Source: a virus
Taxonomy: Duplodnaviria; Caudoviricetes
Strand: one strand, 5' to 3'
Virus record (IMG/VR): IMGVR_UViG_3300049044_000117
Span: 1 to 41,780 of that record
Length of the DNA stretch: 41,780 nucleotides
In this document: one piece after another, positions 8,587 to 18,268 of the stretch
How the letters are laid out: each line of letters opens with the position of its first letter
How positions within the stretch are numbered: position 1 is the first letter of the stretch
Made by a program: the position numbers and the translations under genes
The notes under the pieces: generated by a model
Seen by the model: only the letters and a program-made list of their open reading frames with translations
Told to the model about the DNA's origin: nothing
Databases searched by the model: none

Positions 8587-9170
8587 AAACTAGGGTAACA
8601 GAGGAGTTTAGAATTTCGCAACTTAAGACTGCTGAAGAAAATCTTGACCATTACATTGAGTACATAAAACAGGGGAAAACATCACTTCTTCGGCCTCTTT
8701 CTGTACTTATGAGAGCCCTTATTTGCAAGGGAAGAACTTTGTCTCCCCTATTTGTCGATTTGGCGAATGAGAAGGGCTATGGTATTGAGTTTTATTCAGA
8801 TGATATCAATTATGACTTCATGGATATGCTTCAAGACGTGCTATTCTCGACCACTTCATTCAGCTTTTATATAGACAAACCTGCAGATGAACCTCAGCTT
8901 AAGAAGTATATTTTGGATACTTGGTTGGACACTCATATTGTCTGCTCAGCAAAAGAAAAGATAACAGGTAACGACCTTATCCGGCTTACAGCAGAAAAAT
9001 TTGGTGACGGACACTATGACCTAACGTTAACAGATCGAGAACTCACTTTAACTCAGATAAGCTTTGGATATGGCGAATTAGACATCAAGAGCCATGATGC
9101 AATTGTCTTTCAGGTAAGCGAAATAATTCACTATCATATCAAGAAATTTTTGAGCACTTACTACTCATGA
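8583..9170 (+). CDS. Unknown all-alpha protein coupled to the protease (possible HEPN-like effector)
   Basis: 4-bp ATGA overlap with the protease. Contains LSVLMRALI and DLIRLTAEKFGDGHYD motifs. Confidence 0.7.
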   Translation: MKTRVTEEFRISQLKTAEENLDHYIEYIKQGKTSLLRPLSVLMRALICKGRTLSPLFVDLANEKGYGIEFYSDDINYDFMDMLQDVLFSTTSFSFYIDKPADEPQLKKYILDTWLDTHIVCSAKEKITGNDLIRLTAEKFGDGHYDLTLTDRELTLTQISFGYGELDIKSHDAIVFQVSEIIHYHIKKFLSTYYS

Positions 9171-9180
9171 AAACCAAAAG

Positions 9181-9373
9181 CTTACGAATGTTTACGAACC
9201 AAAAGTGTAATTAATTATAAATCAATTGGAAACGAACCTACCGATAATCCGGCCCTGGGTACAATTTAATGTGAAACAAGGAAGCAGGCCGCATTTTATG
9301 CGGCCTTTCCTCATTTGTACCTACTATGTCGCAGGAATTTTTAGACCGAATGTTTACGAAAAGTTTACGAACC
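9181..9373 (+). other. attP with a tRNA-3'-end-like core and integrase arm-type repeats
   Basis: Core ccggccctgggtaca (9249-9263) resembles the T-stem/acceptor end of Bacteroidota tRNA-Leu. TTACGAA repeats occur at 9181-9200 and 9347-9373. The site is immediately upstream of the integrase. Confidence 0.8.
9286..9310 (+). terminator. Hairpin just after the att core
   Basis: aggccgcat-ttt-atgcggcct 9-bp stem. Confidence 0.6.
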
Positions 9374-9391
9374 GATTTCAAAAGGGAATCA

Positions 9392-10570
9392 ATGAGCTGC
9401 TCAGTCAAGGTTAGGATGGAAGACTATGTAAGAGCTGATGGTACCAGCCTTATTTATATACAGGTTATTATTAGAAGAAAACCTCTTAAAATTCAGGTGG
9501 ACCTACGTTGGCCACGTGAGAAGTTTGATTCCTTGAAATATTGCAAAAAGAGGTATAAGGATGACCCGGATAGCAATGATTATAATATCATCATCCGGGA
9601 TACAGTTGGAAGGATCAATGAAATATTTAAGTATTACAGACTGACTAATACCATTCTGACAAAGGAATCATTTGAAAAGGAGTATTATAATCCGTTGTCC
9701 AAAACAAATTTCATTTCCTATTATGAATCAAAAATGATCCAGCGGTACAAGGATCAAGATATTACCAATCCAACATTCAAGAATCATAAGAATACATTAA
9801 ACAAACTAAAGCTTTTCAAGTCTCAGATTTTATTTAGTGAGTTCGACACGAACTTTCCTACCGCCTTTACAAAGCATCTAGAAAAAAAGTGCAATATCAA
9901 GAACATCAATACCAAATGGGGGCATCACAAGGATATCAAGGCATATTTAAAACTGGCAAAAAAGGATAAGATATTTTTTGCAGATCCATATGAGGACTTT
10001 CAGAATAAGAATGTTGAGGGTACCTGGAAGAACATTGAGAGAGAGGATATTTTGAAACTGTATAATTATTATAAAAAGACGCTTCCTGGATCTGATAAAA
10101 GGAAAATCCTACAGGCCTTCCTGGGCGCTGGCGTATTTACAGGGCTAAGAATTTCTGATTGGTACAAAATAAAAAGGGAGCAGGTATTTAATGATCAATT
10201 GGTGATCATTCCTTTTAAGACCAGGAGAAAGGGCAAAATGTTGATTCTTCCACTTACTAAATATGCGATCGATATTTTCAATGATTCTATGAATGAAAAC
10301 AATGTAGAAACTATATTTTTTCCATTTTCTGAAAAGCATGTTCGAGAAACAATGAAGAAGCTCCGGGGTGAATTAGAAATAAAATCGAAACTAAACCCTC
10401 ATGCCGGCAGAGAGTCCTTCGGTACTGAATTCATTAATATGGGTGGAGATGTGACCACACTTCAGAAGTACTTCGATCACTATAAGATCCAAACTACGAT
10501 GAAGTATGTTCACAGAACCAAGAAAAACATTGCTGAAGATGTCAGTAAGATGAACAGCCTCCTGGACTAG
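9392..10570 (+). CDS. int: Tyrosine recombinase/integrase
   Basis: N-terminal arm-binding domain (RADGTSLIYIQV) and catalytic motifs TGLRISD, HAGR, DH and MKY. Likely start is 9392 because the longer ORF runs through the arm sites. Confidence 0.93.
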   Translation: MSCSVKVRMEDYVRADGTSLIYIQVIIRRKPLKIQVDLRWPREKFDSLKYCKKRYKDDPDSNDYNIIIRDTVGRINEIFKYYRLTNTILTKESFEKEYYNPLSKTNFISYYESKMIQRYKDQDITNPTFKNHKNTLNKLKLFKSQILFSEFDTNFPTAFTKHLEKKCNIKNINTKWGHHKDIKAYLKLAKKDKIFFADPYEDFQNKNVEGTWKNIEREDILKLYNYYKKTLPGSDKRKILQAFLGAGVFTGLRISDWYKIKREQVFNDQLVIIPFKTRRKGKMLILPLTKYAIDIFNDSMNENNVETIFFPFSEKHVRETMKKLRGELEIKSKLNPHAGRESFGTEFINMGGDVTTLQKYFDHYKIQTTMKYVHRTKKNIAEDVSKMNSLLD

Positions 10571-10576
10571 CTGCCT

Positions 10577-10612
10577 AAAAAAAAATAAGGAAGGCAATCG
10601 CCTTCCTTATTT
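10577..10612. terminator. Bidirectional terminator, copy 1
   Basis: aaataaggaaggc-aatc-gccttccttattt stem with an A-run, between convergent genes. Confidence 0.8.
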
Positions 10613-10725
10613 CCTTATCAATATTATATGAAGAGAGATTTTATCTCTACAACAAGGTATAAAATAGGTGCGCTACGAAGCAAGCGCTTCATCGAAATTT
10701 TAGGGTATTTGGTAGAACAACCAAT

Positions 10726-10756
10726 AAAAAAATAAGGAAGGCAATCGCCTTCCTTA
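10726..10756. terminator. Terminator, copy 2 (duplicate of copy 1)
   Basis: aaaaaaataaggaaggcaatcgccttcctta, identical to 10579-10609. Confidence 0.75.
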
Positions 10757-10795
10757 AATAATTTACCCCACTCTTATATATGAGATACAAATCTA

Positions 10796-13700
10796 CTAAC
10801 TAATTGTCCCTTGGGCTCTTAATTTGTATAAATCTCTGAGCTCATCATCAATTACAGAGATATCGTAAACAGCCCGGATTTCTCTTTGCCAGCTGTTCAT
10901 ATCAGATCTCAATCCTTCTACAGACATGATCAGCGTGTCGAACTTGGAGCTTGTTTCAGACGCGGTACCTCCAGTATCAGCTGCAGCAGCTACCGAAGGA
11001 ATGGATCCTGTAGTAGGTCCACCGTCTGCAAACCTCTTATTTACCCGTCTTTCGCTCTCCAGGTATCCGACTATGTTGGCATATTTCGGAGATTCTATCA
11101 TCCAGTTAGGCATTACCCACTCTGTACCTGCTTCTCCAATTTGTCCGATCATTGGCCGGTCTATCCATCCACCATGGGCGAAAGTCGCCTTTGGTGCCTG
11201 TGATCCTCCCGTATATCCCCCGACTGCAAAATGATCGATAACGTCTGACCAGTTGACGAAACCATTGTTCTTTCTTCTTGTTGGCGCGGTATAACCACCT
11301 TTTGCAAATGAAGCATCTGGTTGTTTTGCGATCGCAGCCACCTGGAGACCTCCCATAAGGGCGGCGAAGGCTGCAAATCCTATAGCCGCTGGCCAGGTAG
11401 GAGAGGCGAGCGCTGACACTACTGCCATTGCCGTACTTATTAAAGCCTGGATAATAGCAGCTCTTTTATTCCGCTTTTGTTGCTCGGCCTTAAGCTTGTC
11501 GGTTTTCTTGGTGTATTCCTGTTCTGCAGCAAGTTTGGCAGCATCATAGGCATCTTTCGAAATAAGTCCTGCAGCTAGTTCTTCATCCAGTTTCTTTATC
11601 TTTTCGCTCTTTACTTTCTCAGCATCTGATAGCTTTTTGTCTGTCTCAGCTTTTTGAAGACTATTGATCGCGCCCGCCAACTGGCTGGCCATATTAAGGC
11701 CTGTATTCAGTCCATCAGCTAGTTTTTCCTTTTTGTATTGCGCCAGAGCATCTGTAGCAGATCTTTCTTTCTGATCAAATTCGGCATTGATAAGATCCAT
11801 CTCTTCTTTGGTGAGCCTGTGATCGGCAAGCTTCATTTCTCTTTCAAGATCCATTTGCTCCAATTGGGCCTCAAGAACGTCTTCAGGAGAACCGCTCTCT
11901 TCAGCCTGGATAAGCTTTAATTCAGCAAGTGCTACTTGTCTCCTGTTCTCCGCTTCAATTGCCGCTTCAGTTTTCTTTTCCTCATTGGCCGCTTCAAGGG
12001 CGTCGAGCTCATTCCATTGCTGTTGTCTGATCATCTTGATCAGTTGCTTTTTCTGATCCTCTGTCCCAACTAGATTGGCAATTTCCTTATCAGCCTCAGC
12101 CGAAATCTTCGCACGTTTCTGCTCATACTCATCGGTGATTAGCCCAATTTTCCGTTTGGAAATTTCTTCTTCTGCTTTGAGCCTGTCTTCCGCTGCCTTC
12201 TTTGCTTCAGCAGCTGCTTCTTTATCGTCCTTTTTCTGCTCACGGGCTGCGGCTTTTGCAGCTTTATCCCTGGCCTTTTGCTCCTTGATTGTGAGCATCG
12301 TCTTGTCATTTTCAGCTGCGCCGGTATCTTTTACTTGCTGATCAAGTCCTGTCTTGTTTGCAGCTGCTACTTCCTTCGCTCTTTGAGTGGCCTTGCCTTT
12401 TTGATTGGCATGTTCCGATGCCATTTTCTCATCATACCCTTTATTGTATGCATCAGCTACACCTTTTCCAAAACCAGTATGAAGTTCGACAACCCCAGTG
12501 AATGCGTTCTTGAGTCCGTTTTTGATTTTGTCTACATCCATGGTGAAGACACCAACAAGGAAATCACCAAGTCCACCAAGTGTTTTGACGGCAGCTTCAA
12601 CTATGTTGGTGAAGATCTTTTTAGCAGCGTCCCCTAGTCCTGCAATAGCTCCCCGTACTGTTTCACTGTTTTTATAAAGAGTAATAAAACCAGTAACCAA
12701 CAAAGCCACAGCTGCTATTACTAGTCCAATTGGATTTGCACTCATTGCTGCGTTTAGTAGCCACTGAGCAGCAGCTGTAGATTTGGTGGCGATAGCACGT
12801 CCTTTTTCAACTGCTACATGATATAATGCAGAAGCCGAAGCGGCAATATTTGCGGCATTTAGCGAAACCAAGGCTATTCCTAATCCAATAAATAGTTCTT
12901 TGTTCTCACTGACAAATGATGGAATTGCTCTAATGATATTAATGAAAGTGATGAAGCCAGAAGTAAGACCTTTTAGCAAAGGCATTATTACTCTCATCCC
13001 ATCGCCTACCAATGGCATGAATTGATCACCAATAGTGACCTTCATTTTCTCCCATTCTTTTTGGGTTTTGGCCAATTGGGCGGCTTCATTGTTGTTTTTG
13101 ATGTTGAATTCATTTGTTAGGGAGGTTGCTTCCTTCATGGCAGTAGAAGCCAAAAGTTGTTTTTCTCTGACTTTGTCTGTCTGGTTCGCAAGCAGGCTCA
13201 TCACCTTGATGCTCTCCTGAGTTCCTAGCTTCAGGTTGTCCATCGTAGCGATGATATTGGTATTTGACATGCCCTTCATGCTTTCGGCAAGCTTCAGGAG
13301 CATTTCATTTGGATTTGTATTCAGCAGTTGTTTGAATTGATCTTGAGTCATTCCGATCTGCCTCGCAAAAGCTGCTGACTCTTTACCTGCCTGAAGAAAA
13401 ATATTAGTAAGGCCACCTGCAGAAACTTCTGCGGACAGACCTAATTCTTGCATAGCTGCTCCCAGACCTAAGGTTTGATCGATTTGTGGCGCAAGGTCTC
13501 CAAGTTGTCCAATCCTAGCAGCGAACTCTGCCATTACTGGACCTGTTGCGGATCCAGCTGCACCCAGTTCATTAATAGCAGATCCGATTTGATTGATAGC
13601 CGTTCCTGCATCCAGATCTTTTGTCTCTTTGAAAAGGGTTTTGAGCGTTCCCATTTTGCCGGCAACCTCCTCAGCTCCTCCGGAAAACTCATCTCCAAGC

Positions 13701-14257
13701 GCAACTACTGCCTTATCAACGGCGATTGTGAATCCTTCAATCTCATCTTTGGCAATTCCTATCTGGCCTCCAACTTTAGCAATGTCAAGCAGGTCCAATT
13801 GACCCGTCCGGGTGTCAACTTCTCCTAATTTCTCGTTGAGCTTTGCTACTTCATCAGCGGTCATTCCAGTGGATTTCTGGATATCGGAGAAGGCATCTGA
13901 ATAGACCGCCTTAAGACGAATGCCTTCCTGTACAAATGAAACTACCTCGCCAATTGCTCTGGTGAGGGTGAGTGCTCCAAATACTGAGGCGAATACAGAT
14001 CCAAGGCCGGTGGTAACTTTTTGTGCAAGCGTCATTTCATTGCTGACACCTTTAACTGCATTTCGTATTTCGTCAATGCCTTGCCTTTGCTTGGCCACTT
14101 CGGCCATTTTATCCTTCCATTCCTTAGTGCCTTTGGGTAGTTCTTTGAACTGCGTGTTCAGAACCCGAAGGGCTTTTTCCATTTCGGAAAGTGATGCATT
14201 GGCTTTTGTGCCGTTGATCACAATCTCTACCTCTCTTTGTTCTTTTGATGTGGCCAT
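10796..14257 (-). CDS. Tail tape measure protein
   Basis: 1153 aa, Ala-rich and helical. TP901-like N-terminal region, ANPIGLVIAAV segment, C-terminal FAxGG repeats and GEAGTEWVMP. Confidence 0.92.
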   Translation of the reverse strand: MATSKEQREVEIVINGTKANASLSEMEKALRVLNTQFKELPKGTKEWKDKMAEVAKQRQGIDEIRNAVKGVSNEMTLAQKVTTGLGSVFASVFGALTLTRAIGEVVSFVQEGIRLKAVYSDAFSDIQKSTGMTADEVAKLNEKLGEVDTRTGQLDLLDIAKVGGQIGIAKDEIEGFTIAVDKAVVALGDEFSGGAEEVAGKMGTLKTLFKETKDLDAGTAINQIGSAINELGAAGSATGPVMAEFAARIGQLGDLAPQIDQTLGLGAAMQELGLSAEVSAGGLTNIFLQAGKESAAFARQIGMTQDQFKQLLNTNPNEMLLKLAESMKGMSNTNIIATMDNLKLGTQESIKVMSLLANQTDKVREKQLLASTAMKEATSLTNEFNIKNNNEAAQLAKTQKEWEKMKVTIGDQFMPLVGDGMRVIMPLLKGLTSGFITFINIIRAIPSFVSENKELFIGLGIALVSLNAANIAASASALYHVAVEKGRAIATKSTAAAQWLLNAAMSANPIGLVIAAVALLVTGFITLYKNSETVRGAIAGLGDAAKKIFTNIVEAAVKTLGGLGDFLVGVFTMDVDKIKNGLKNAFTGVVELHTGFGKGVADAYNKGYDEKMASEHANQKGKATQRAKEVAAANKTGLDQQVKDTGAAENDKTMLTIKEQKARDKAAKAAAREQKKDDKEAAAEAKKAAEDRLKAEEEISKRKIGLITDEYEQKRAKISAEADKEIANLVGTEDQKKQLIKMIRQQQWNELDALEAANEEKKTEAAIEAENRRQVALAELKLIQAEESGSPEDVLEAQLEQMDLEREMKLADHRLTKEEMDLINAEFDQKERSATDALAQYKKEKLADGLNTGLNMASQLAGAINSLQKAETDKKLSDAEKVKSEKIKKLDEELAAGLISKDAYDAAKLAAEQEYTKKTDKLKAEQQKRNKRAAIIQALISTAMAVVSALASPTWPAAIGFAAFAALMGGLQVAAIAKQPDASFAKGGYTAPTRRKNNGFVNWSDVIDHFAVGGYTGGSQAPKATFAHGGWIDRPMIGQIGEAGTEWVMPNWMIESPKYANIVGYLESERRVNKRFADGGPTTGSIPSVAAAADTGGTASETSSKFDTLIMSVEGLRSDMNSWQREIRAVYDISVIDDELRDLYKLRAQGTIS

Positions 14258-14628
14258 TATAAATCAAGTTTTTTAGGAATGTTTTCCTGAACCTGACTGA
14301 GCAGAACATTACCGGCGTTGTTGGACAGAGCTACTGATAATTGGAAGATTTCGTAGTTGATGCTTTTGGAATACCACTTCTTTGGCCTGCGACCTCTTTT
14401 TCCGGAGAGCTTCTGAGCATCGGAAAACTTTCTACCTTTTCCGACTCCCATATCTGAGAACATCCCGGAAAGATTGTAAAGAAGCTTTACTCTATCATCG
14501 CTGATCGCTCGTCCCTGGAAGGAAGTCTTCAGGGCTTGTGAATCCACAATGCCCTTTTCATCCATACTTTTCTTAAGCCGATCGGAGGAGATGGAAAGCC
14601 ACTTTTCAATAACTTCTCTTTGTGTCAT
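14257..14628 (-). CDS. Putative neck/tail-completion protein
   Basis: Basic 123 aa protein with DMGVGKG and RRPKKWYSK, adjacent to the tape measure gene. Confidence 0.55.
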   Translation of the reverse strand: MTQREVIEKWLSISSDRLKKSMDEKGIVDSQALKTSFQGRAISDDRVKLLYNLSGMFSDMGVGKGRKFSDAQKLSGKRGRRPKKWYSKSINYEIFQLSVALSNNAGNVLLSQVQENIPKKLDL

Positions 14629-16094
14629 AGTTTAACCCAATACTTCTCTGTCTTTGAGCTGCGAATTCCCTCCTTCATTGTCACCGTGCTGGTGATCTTG
14701 GAGTAAAGAAATTTGTTGTACTCAATCATTGTCTTTTTTGTAGTATCGAGGGTTAGAATGTCGGCCCCGTTGAAGCGGACGTTTCTTTTGAGTGGCTTGG
14801 CATATGCCAGGAAGTCTAGCCAGGGCTTCCAGCATTTATTATATAGTCCGTTGGTATCCGCCCAGCGGAGAGACATTGAACTTGAATTGTATGATCCTTG
14901 TGGATATGCATTTCCAAGGCTGTCGTTTTGCATTCCTCTATAAAACAGGATCCGGAGGTTTGCCTTGTTAATTCCAAGGTCAAATTCCGGAGAGGATCCT
15001 TTTTGCTTTACATAGGGAATTGTCCAGGATCTGGAGGTATTCACCGTATCCTGATGAGTCAGGATCAGTGTTGTAGATGCTTTAGTTGAAATCTCCTGGC
15101 CACCGTTGCCAATTTTGTATGTAGTCCAAGCGTCGGACTCGTCCTTGAGCGCTTCGTCTCCAGAGTCCTGCTCCTGGCTAAGTTTGAACCCATTGCTTTC
15201 GTTCAGCGCCAGCTCGTATTCAGGCTCAGCTTTGGAGGTATGATCAACATAAGTTTGATCATTAATTACTTCATTAAGCGTGACAATTTTGACCGTCTTG
15301 TCGATCGGATTGAAAATGTATCCCAGCCCGAACATGTTTTTTATTGCTATGATGAACTCTCCGACAGTCATGTCGGGGAGATGGTTCGCGATCGCGATGG
15401 TTGTTTCCCAGCTGTTGACACCCGTGACGACCTTATCCAGCGCATAGTTATTGTAAACAACAGCTGTAGCAATCTCAGGATCATCAAGCCAGGCCCCATA
15501 AACGAGATAACCAAATAAAGCAAAGGTCTTCCTGATGACCTGTACCAGGTATGGAAATGGTGTAATTGCATAAAAACTACTGGAAGTTGTATTAGTTGGA
15601 AATGAGCCACCATGATAGTAGTTCAGATAGCCTTTGAAATTGGTGTTCTTGTCCCCGTAAAAGCTTTCATTCTTTACAGGAAACAGGGCGTAATTTTCGG
15701 AGCTGTTGTCGAATACCAGGATGTCTGTCCCCAGATCCAGGCTTCTCATGCTTACTCCGTTGATTTTGGATTGAAAGTCGCCGGCATCAGAAAGAAAGCT
15801 ATATTGATAGCCTTTCTTATTGGGTTTGATATTGGTTAGCTGGCCAGCTTTGTATAGTAGATCTTTAATATACAGTTCGGCCGCAATTTTTGTATTTAAA
15901 TTGTTTTGATTTGATATTATCTCCGGATTGCCCAGCAATCGTTTATTCTTTTTAGTGGGAGAAGCAGTAGAAGGGAAGGAAATGGTGCCTGGGATCCCAT
16001 CCGTCATAAAGAATGGGCTGGTAGTCTCTAATGTAATAGAGGCTCCCTCTCCCAGGTCTAAGTATTCATCTCCTATTTTGATTGCAAATGACAT
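14625..16094 (-). CDS. Tail/baseplate hub-like structural protein
   Basis: Beta-rich 489 aa, with LDL...NPFF-like N-terminus and LPDMTVGEFI. Lies in the tail operon. Confidence 0.6.
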   Translation of the reverse strand: MSFAIKIGDEYLDLGEGASITLETTSPFFMTDGIPGTISFPSTASPTKKNKRLLGNPEIISNQNNLNTKIAAELYIKDLLYKAGQLTNIKPNKKGYQYSFLSDAGDFQSKINGVSMRSLDLGTDILVFDNSSENYALFPVKNESFYGDKNTNFKGYLNYYHGGSFPTNTTSSSFYAITPFPYLVQVIRKTFALFGYLVYGAWLDDPEIATAVVYNNYALDKVVTGVNSWETTIAIANHLPDMTVGEFIIAIKNMFGLGYIFNPIDKTVKIVTLNEVINDQTYVDHTSKAEPEYELALNESNGFKLSQEQDSGDEALKDESDAWTTYKIGNGGQEISTKASTTLILTHQDTVNTSRSWTIPYVKQKGSSPEFDLGINKANLRILFYRGMQNDSLGNAYPQGSYNSSSMSLRWADTNGLYNKCWKPWLDFLAYAKPLKRNVRFNGADILTLDTTKKTMIEYNKFLYSKITSTVTMKEGIRSSKTEKYWVKL

Positions 16095-18268
16095 TATAGT
16101 TTCGGTGTAAAATGTTTGATCGCTGGTAGCTCCAGCGTTACATCTATTTTGTTAATGGTCGATTCTTCGTCGAAAATCTCTGAATTTCTTGTTCTTACTT
16201 TCACAGGAATGTGCCGATCATTAAGCAGCAGATAGACTGCAGGTGATATCAGGAAATCCTGAAGTCGATCCATGTATTCTTTGGATTTGTACCCGGTGGA
16301 AACTTTCAACTGCCTGGATCCAACTTTCTCCAGGACTTCGAAATCCGGATCTGATACTCCATGATTGTAAGGCAGGATCCTCTCCGCGATGACTTCATCG
16401 GTGTCCATGGCCATGGATGCTTTTCCGGAAATGCATAAAGTATCGAAACCCCCGAGGGAATTGAGATACAGAAGAAATCTTTTGTAAGGAAAATAGTCGG
16501 TATTGAGCCTGTATTTTCTAGTCTCAGAAATAAGATTGTCGCTCGAATCTGTTACAAAAACTTCCCAGGCCTTTACCGTTTTATCAGTATTGTAACTGGC
16601 CAGATCTAACTGGTTATGTCCTGCCGGTATTAAGAAAAGCTCGTATCGATGCACATCACTTTGCGTGTGAAAGGTGCTCGTGCCGTCGGTTCCATCGGTG
16701 TAATAGATCTTGACCTTTGCCTTGAAACTGGAAACAGCGAAGCTGTTTACCATGAAGTAGAGGTATTCGGGCTGCTCTTTGAAAACCGCCTGCAGGTCTT
16801 TCTTCTCTATTGGTGTCCAGGTGAAGAATGGCTTTTGTGTGTCCTGGAACGAGGCGAAGAAAGTATTTGCGGCATACTCTTCTTCTGAAAGCCCGCCAAG
16901 CACTACAAAGTTTACATTGACCTGCGTGTATGTGGCCTCTGCAGGAGGTTCTCCAAACTTCTCGGTGTATTTGAGATAGTATCTTTTGAAAATATTGTCT
17001 GCCCTGGTGACTGTACTCTGGTAGACAGTTGGCAAATGCGGCTCAACATATGCATCAAGCGCTGTCTGTACATTGAAAACAGTGTGAGCCGCTGAATCAG
17101 CAGGCTGTTCCAGGGTAATTATTTTGGTGTAAACTCCGGATAAATACGTCCTTTCGACCCAGACTTCACAAATAAATGAGAGGTTGGGCTTTGTCTCCGG
17201 ATCCTCTGCAGTAAGCTCCAGAATAATCGGATTGTCTGAAAAGAAAAACCGGTAGGATGCAACGGTGACTGAAGCAAAGGCTATACATCCATTTGCGTCG
17301 GTTACCTGAACTTCGTATTCGCCGGGGACGACATCAGTCAAGTTTTGGGTAGTTGCTCCATTGCTCCAGAGATAGGAAAAAGGAGCTGTTCCGCCGGTGA
17401 CGGCTACAGTTACATTATTGCCATCGACTGTTGCTTCGATAGCAATGCTGTCGGGTTCAGTGATGGTAAAATTAAAAGTGTTATTGCATCCAACGCTATC
17501 CGTGACCGTTACCGAATAACTCCCAGGAGCAAGTCCACTTACGTTTTGAGTTGTAGGTCCATGAGACCAGGAATAGGTGTATCCAGGTGTACCGCCCGAT
17601 GCTGTGATATTGATTATTCCATTTTCGGCACCGTTGCAAAGAACGTTTTGCTTAGTAGAATCAATTGAAATAGCGTTGGCAGGTTCACTGATCACAATTC
17701 CGGTATAATTTGTAACAGTCCCGAGGCTGTCGGTGATCTGAACAGAGTAGGTTCCCGCAGGTAATGCTGTTCGATTTTGAGTTGTTGCCCCGTCCGACCA
17801 CAGAAAGGTGAATGGATCTGCACCGCCTGAAATGGTTAAGGTAATTGAACCATTGGCAACCCCATGACAAATTACATCACTTTTGGTGTGACTGACACTG
17901 ATGGCAGTAACCAGATTGTCAAGCTGACTTTCGAATCCATACCCAGAGTAGGTGCCGAAATTATAGATGTCATTGTAGAAGTTGGCTTCTATTACAACAT
18001 CATATGGCGAGTTTCCTATTTTCAGTTCATAGTGAGTGAGAAAGCCAGTCAGGGATTGGAGTGCTGATTCCAGTGTCCCCTTAGCTGCAATGTATTCGGA
18101 TCCGGGGCCTCCCAACATAAAATCATATGTGCCAAGTGTAGATCCGAATGCACGGCACGTGAATGTATAGGTAGTTGAGGTAGTGCCATTAAGCGATAGG
18201 TTGAATGACACAGTATTCCCTGCGACAATACCGTTTAGGTCAATATGTATTCTTGCCCTTTGTGACAT
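16094..18268 (-). CDS. Tail protein with three SprB-type repeats
   Basis: Repeats such as CHGVANGSITLTISGG..PFTFLWS.G.TTQ....L.AGTYSVQITD. C-terminal FLLYLNSLGGFDT is typical of Bacteroidota phage tail proteins. Confidence 0.8.
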   Translation of the reverse strand: MSQRARIHIDLNGIVAGNTVSFNLSLNGTTSTTYTFTCRAFGSTLGTYDFMLGGPGSEYIAAKGTLESALQSLTGFLTHYELKIGNSPYDVVIEANFYNDIYNFGTYSGYGFESQLDNLVTAISVSHTKSDVICHGVANGSITLTISGGADPFTFLWSDGATTQNRTALPAGTYSVQITDSLGTVTNYTGIVISEPANAISIDSTKQNVLCNGAENGIINITASGGTPGYTYSWSHGPTTQNVSGLAPGSYSVTVTDSVGCNNTFNFTITEPDSIAIEATVDGNNVTVAVTGGTAPFSYLWSNGATTQNLTDVVPGEYEVQVTDANGCIAFASVTVASYRFFFSDNPIILELTAEDPETKPNLSFICEVWVERTYLSGVYTKIITLEQPADSAAHTVFNVQTALDAYVEPHLPTVYQSTVTRADNIFKRYYLKYTEKFGEPPAEATYTQVNVNFVVLGGLSEEEYAANTFFASFQDTQKPFFTWTPIEKKDLQAVFKEQPEYLYFMVNSFAVSSFKAKVKIYYTDGTDGTSTFHTQSDVHRYELFLIPAGHNQLDLASYNTDKTVKAWEVFVTDSSDNLISETRKYRLNTDYFPYKRFLLYLNSLGGFDTLCISGKASMAMDTDEVIAERILPYNHGVSDPDFEVLEKVGSRQLKVSTGYKSKEYMDRLQDFLISPAVYLLLNDRHIPVKVRTRNSEIFDEESTINKIDVTLELPAIKHFTPKL

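Noticed and set aside
9241-9265. A tRNA gene
   Set aside because: Only a 3'-end-like fragment is present, with no D or anticodon arm. Treated as the att core.
9226-9414. 62-aa ORF and the extended integrase start at 9326
   Set aside because: Both run through the att core or arm repeats. The integrase arm-binding domain begins at 9392.
10577-10756. Mini-CRISPR array formed by the two 31-bp palindromic repeats
   Set aside because: There are only two copies, the gap is ~115 bp, and the A-run plus position between convergent genes fit terminators.
14257-14628. Tail assembly chaperone with a programmed frameshift before the tape measure gene
   Set aside because: The upstream gene is a basic neck-like protein, and no slippery site with an overlapping second frame was seen.
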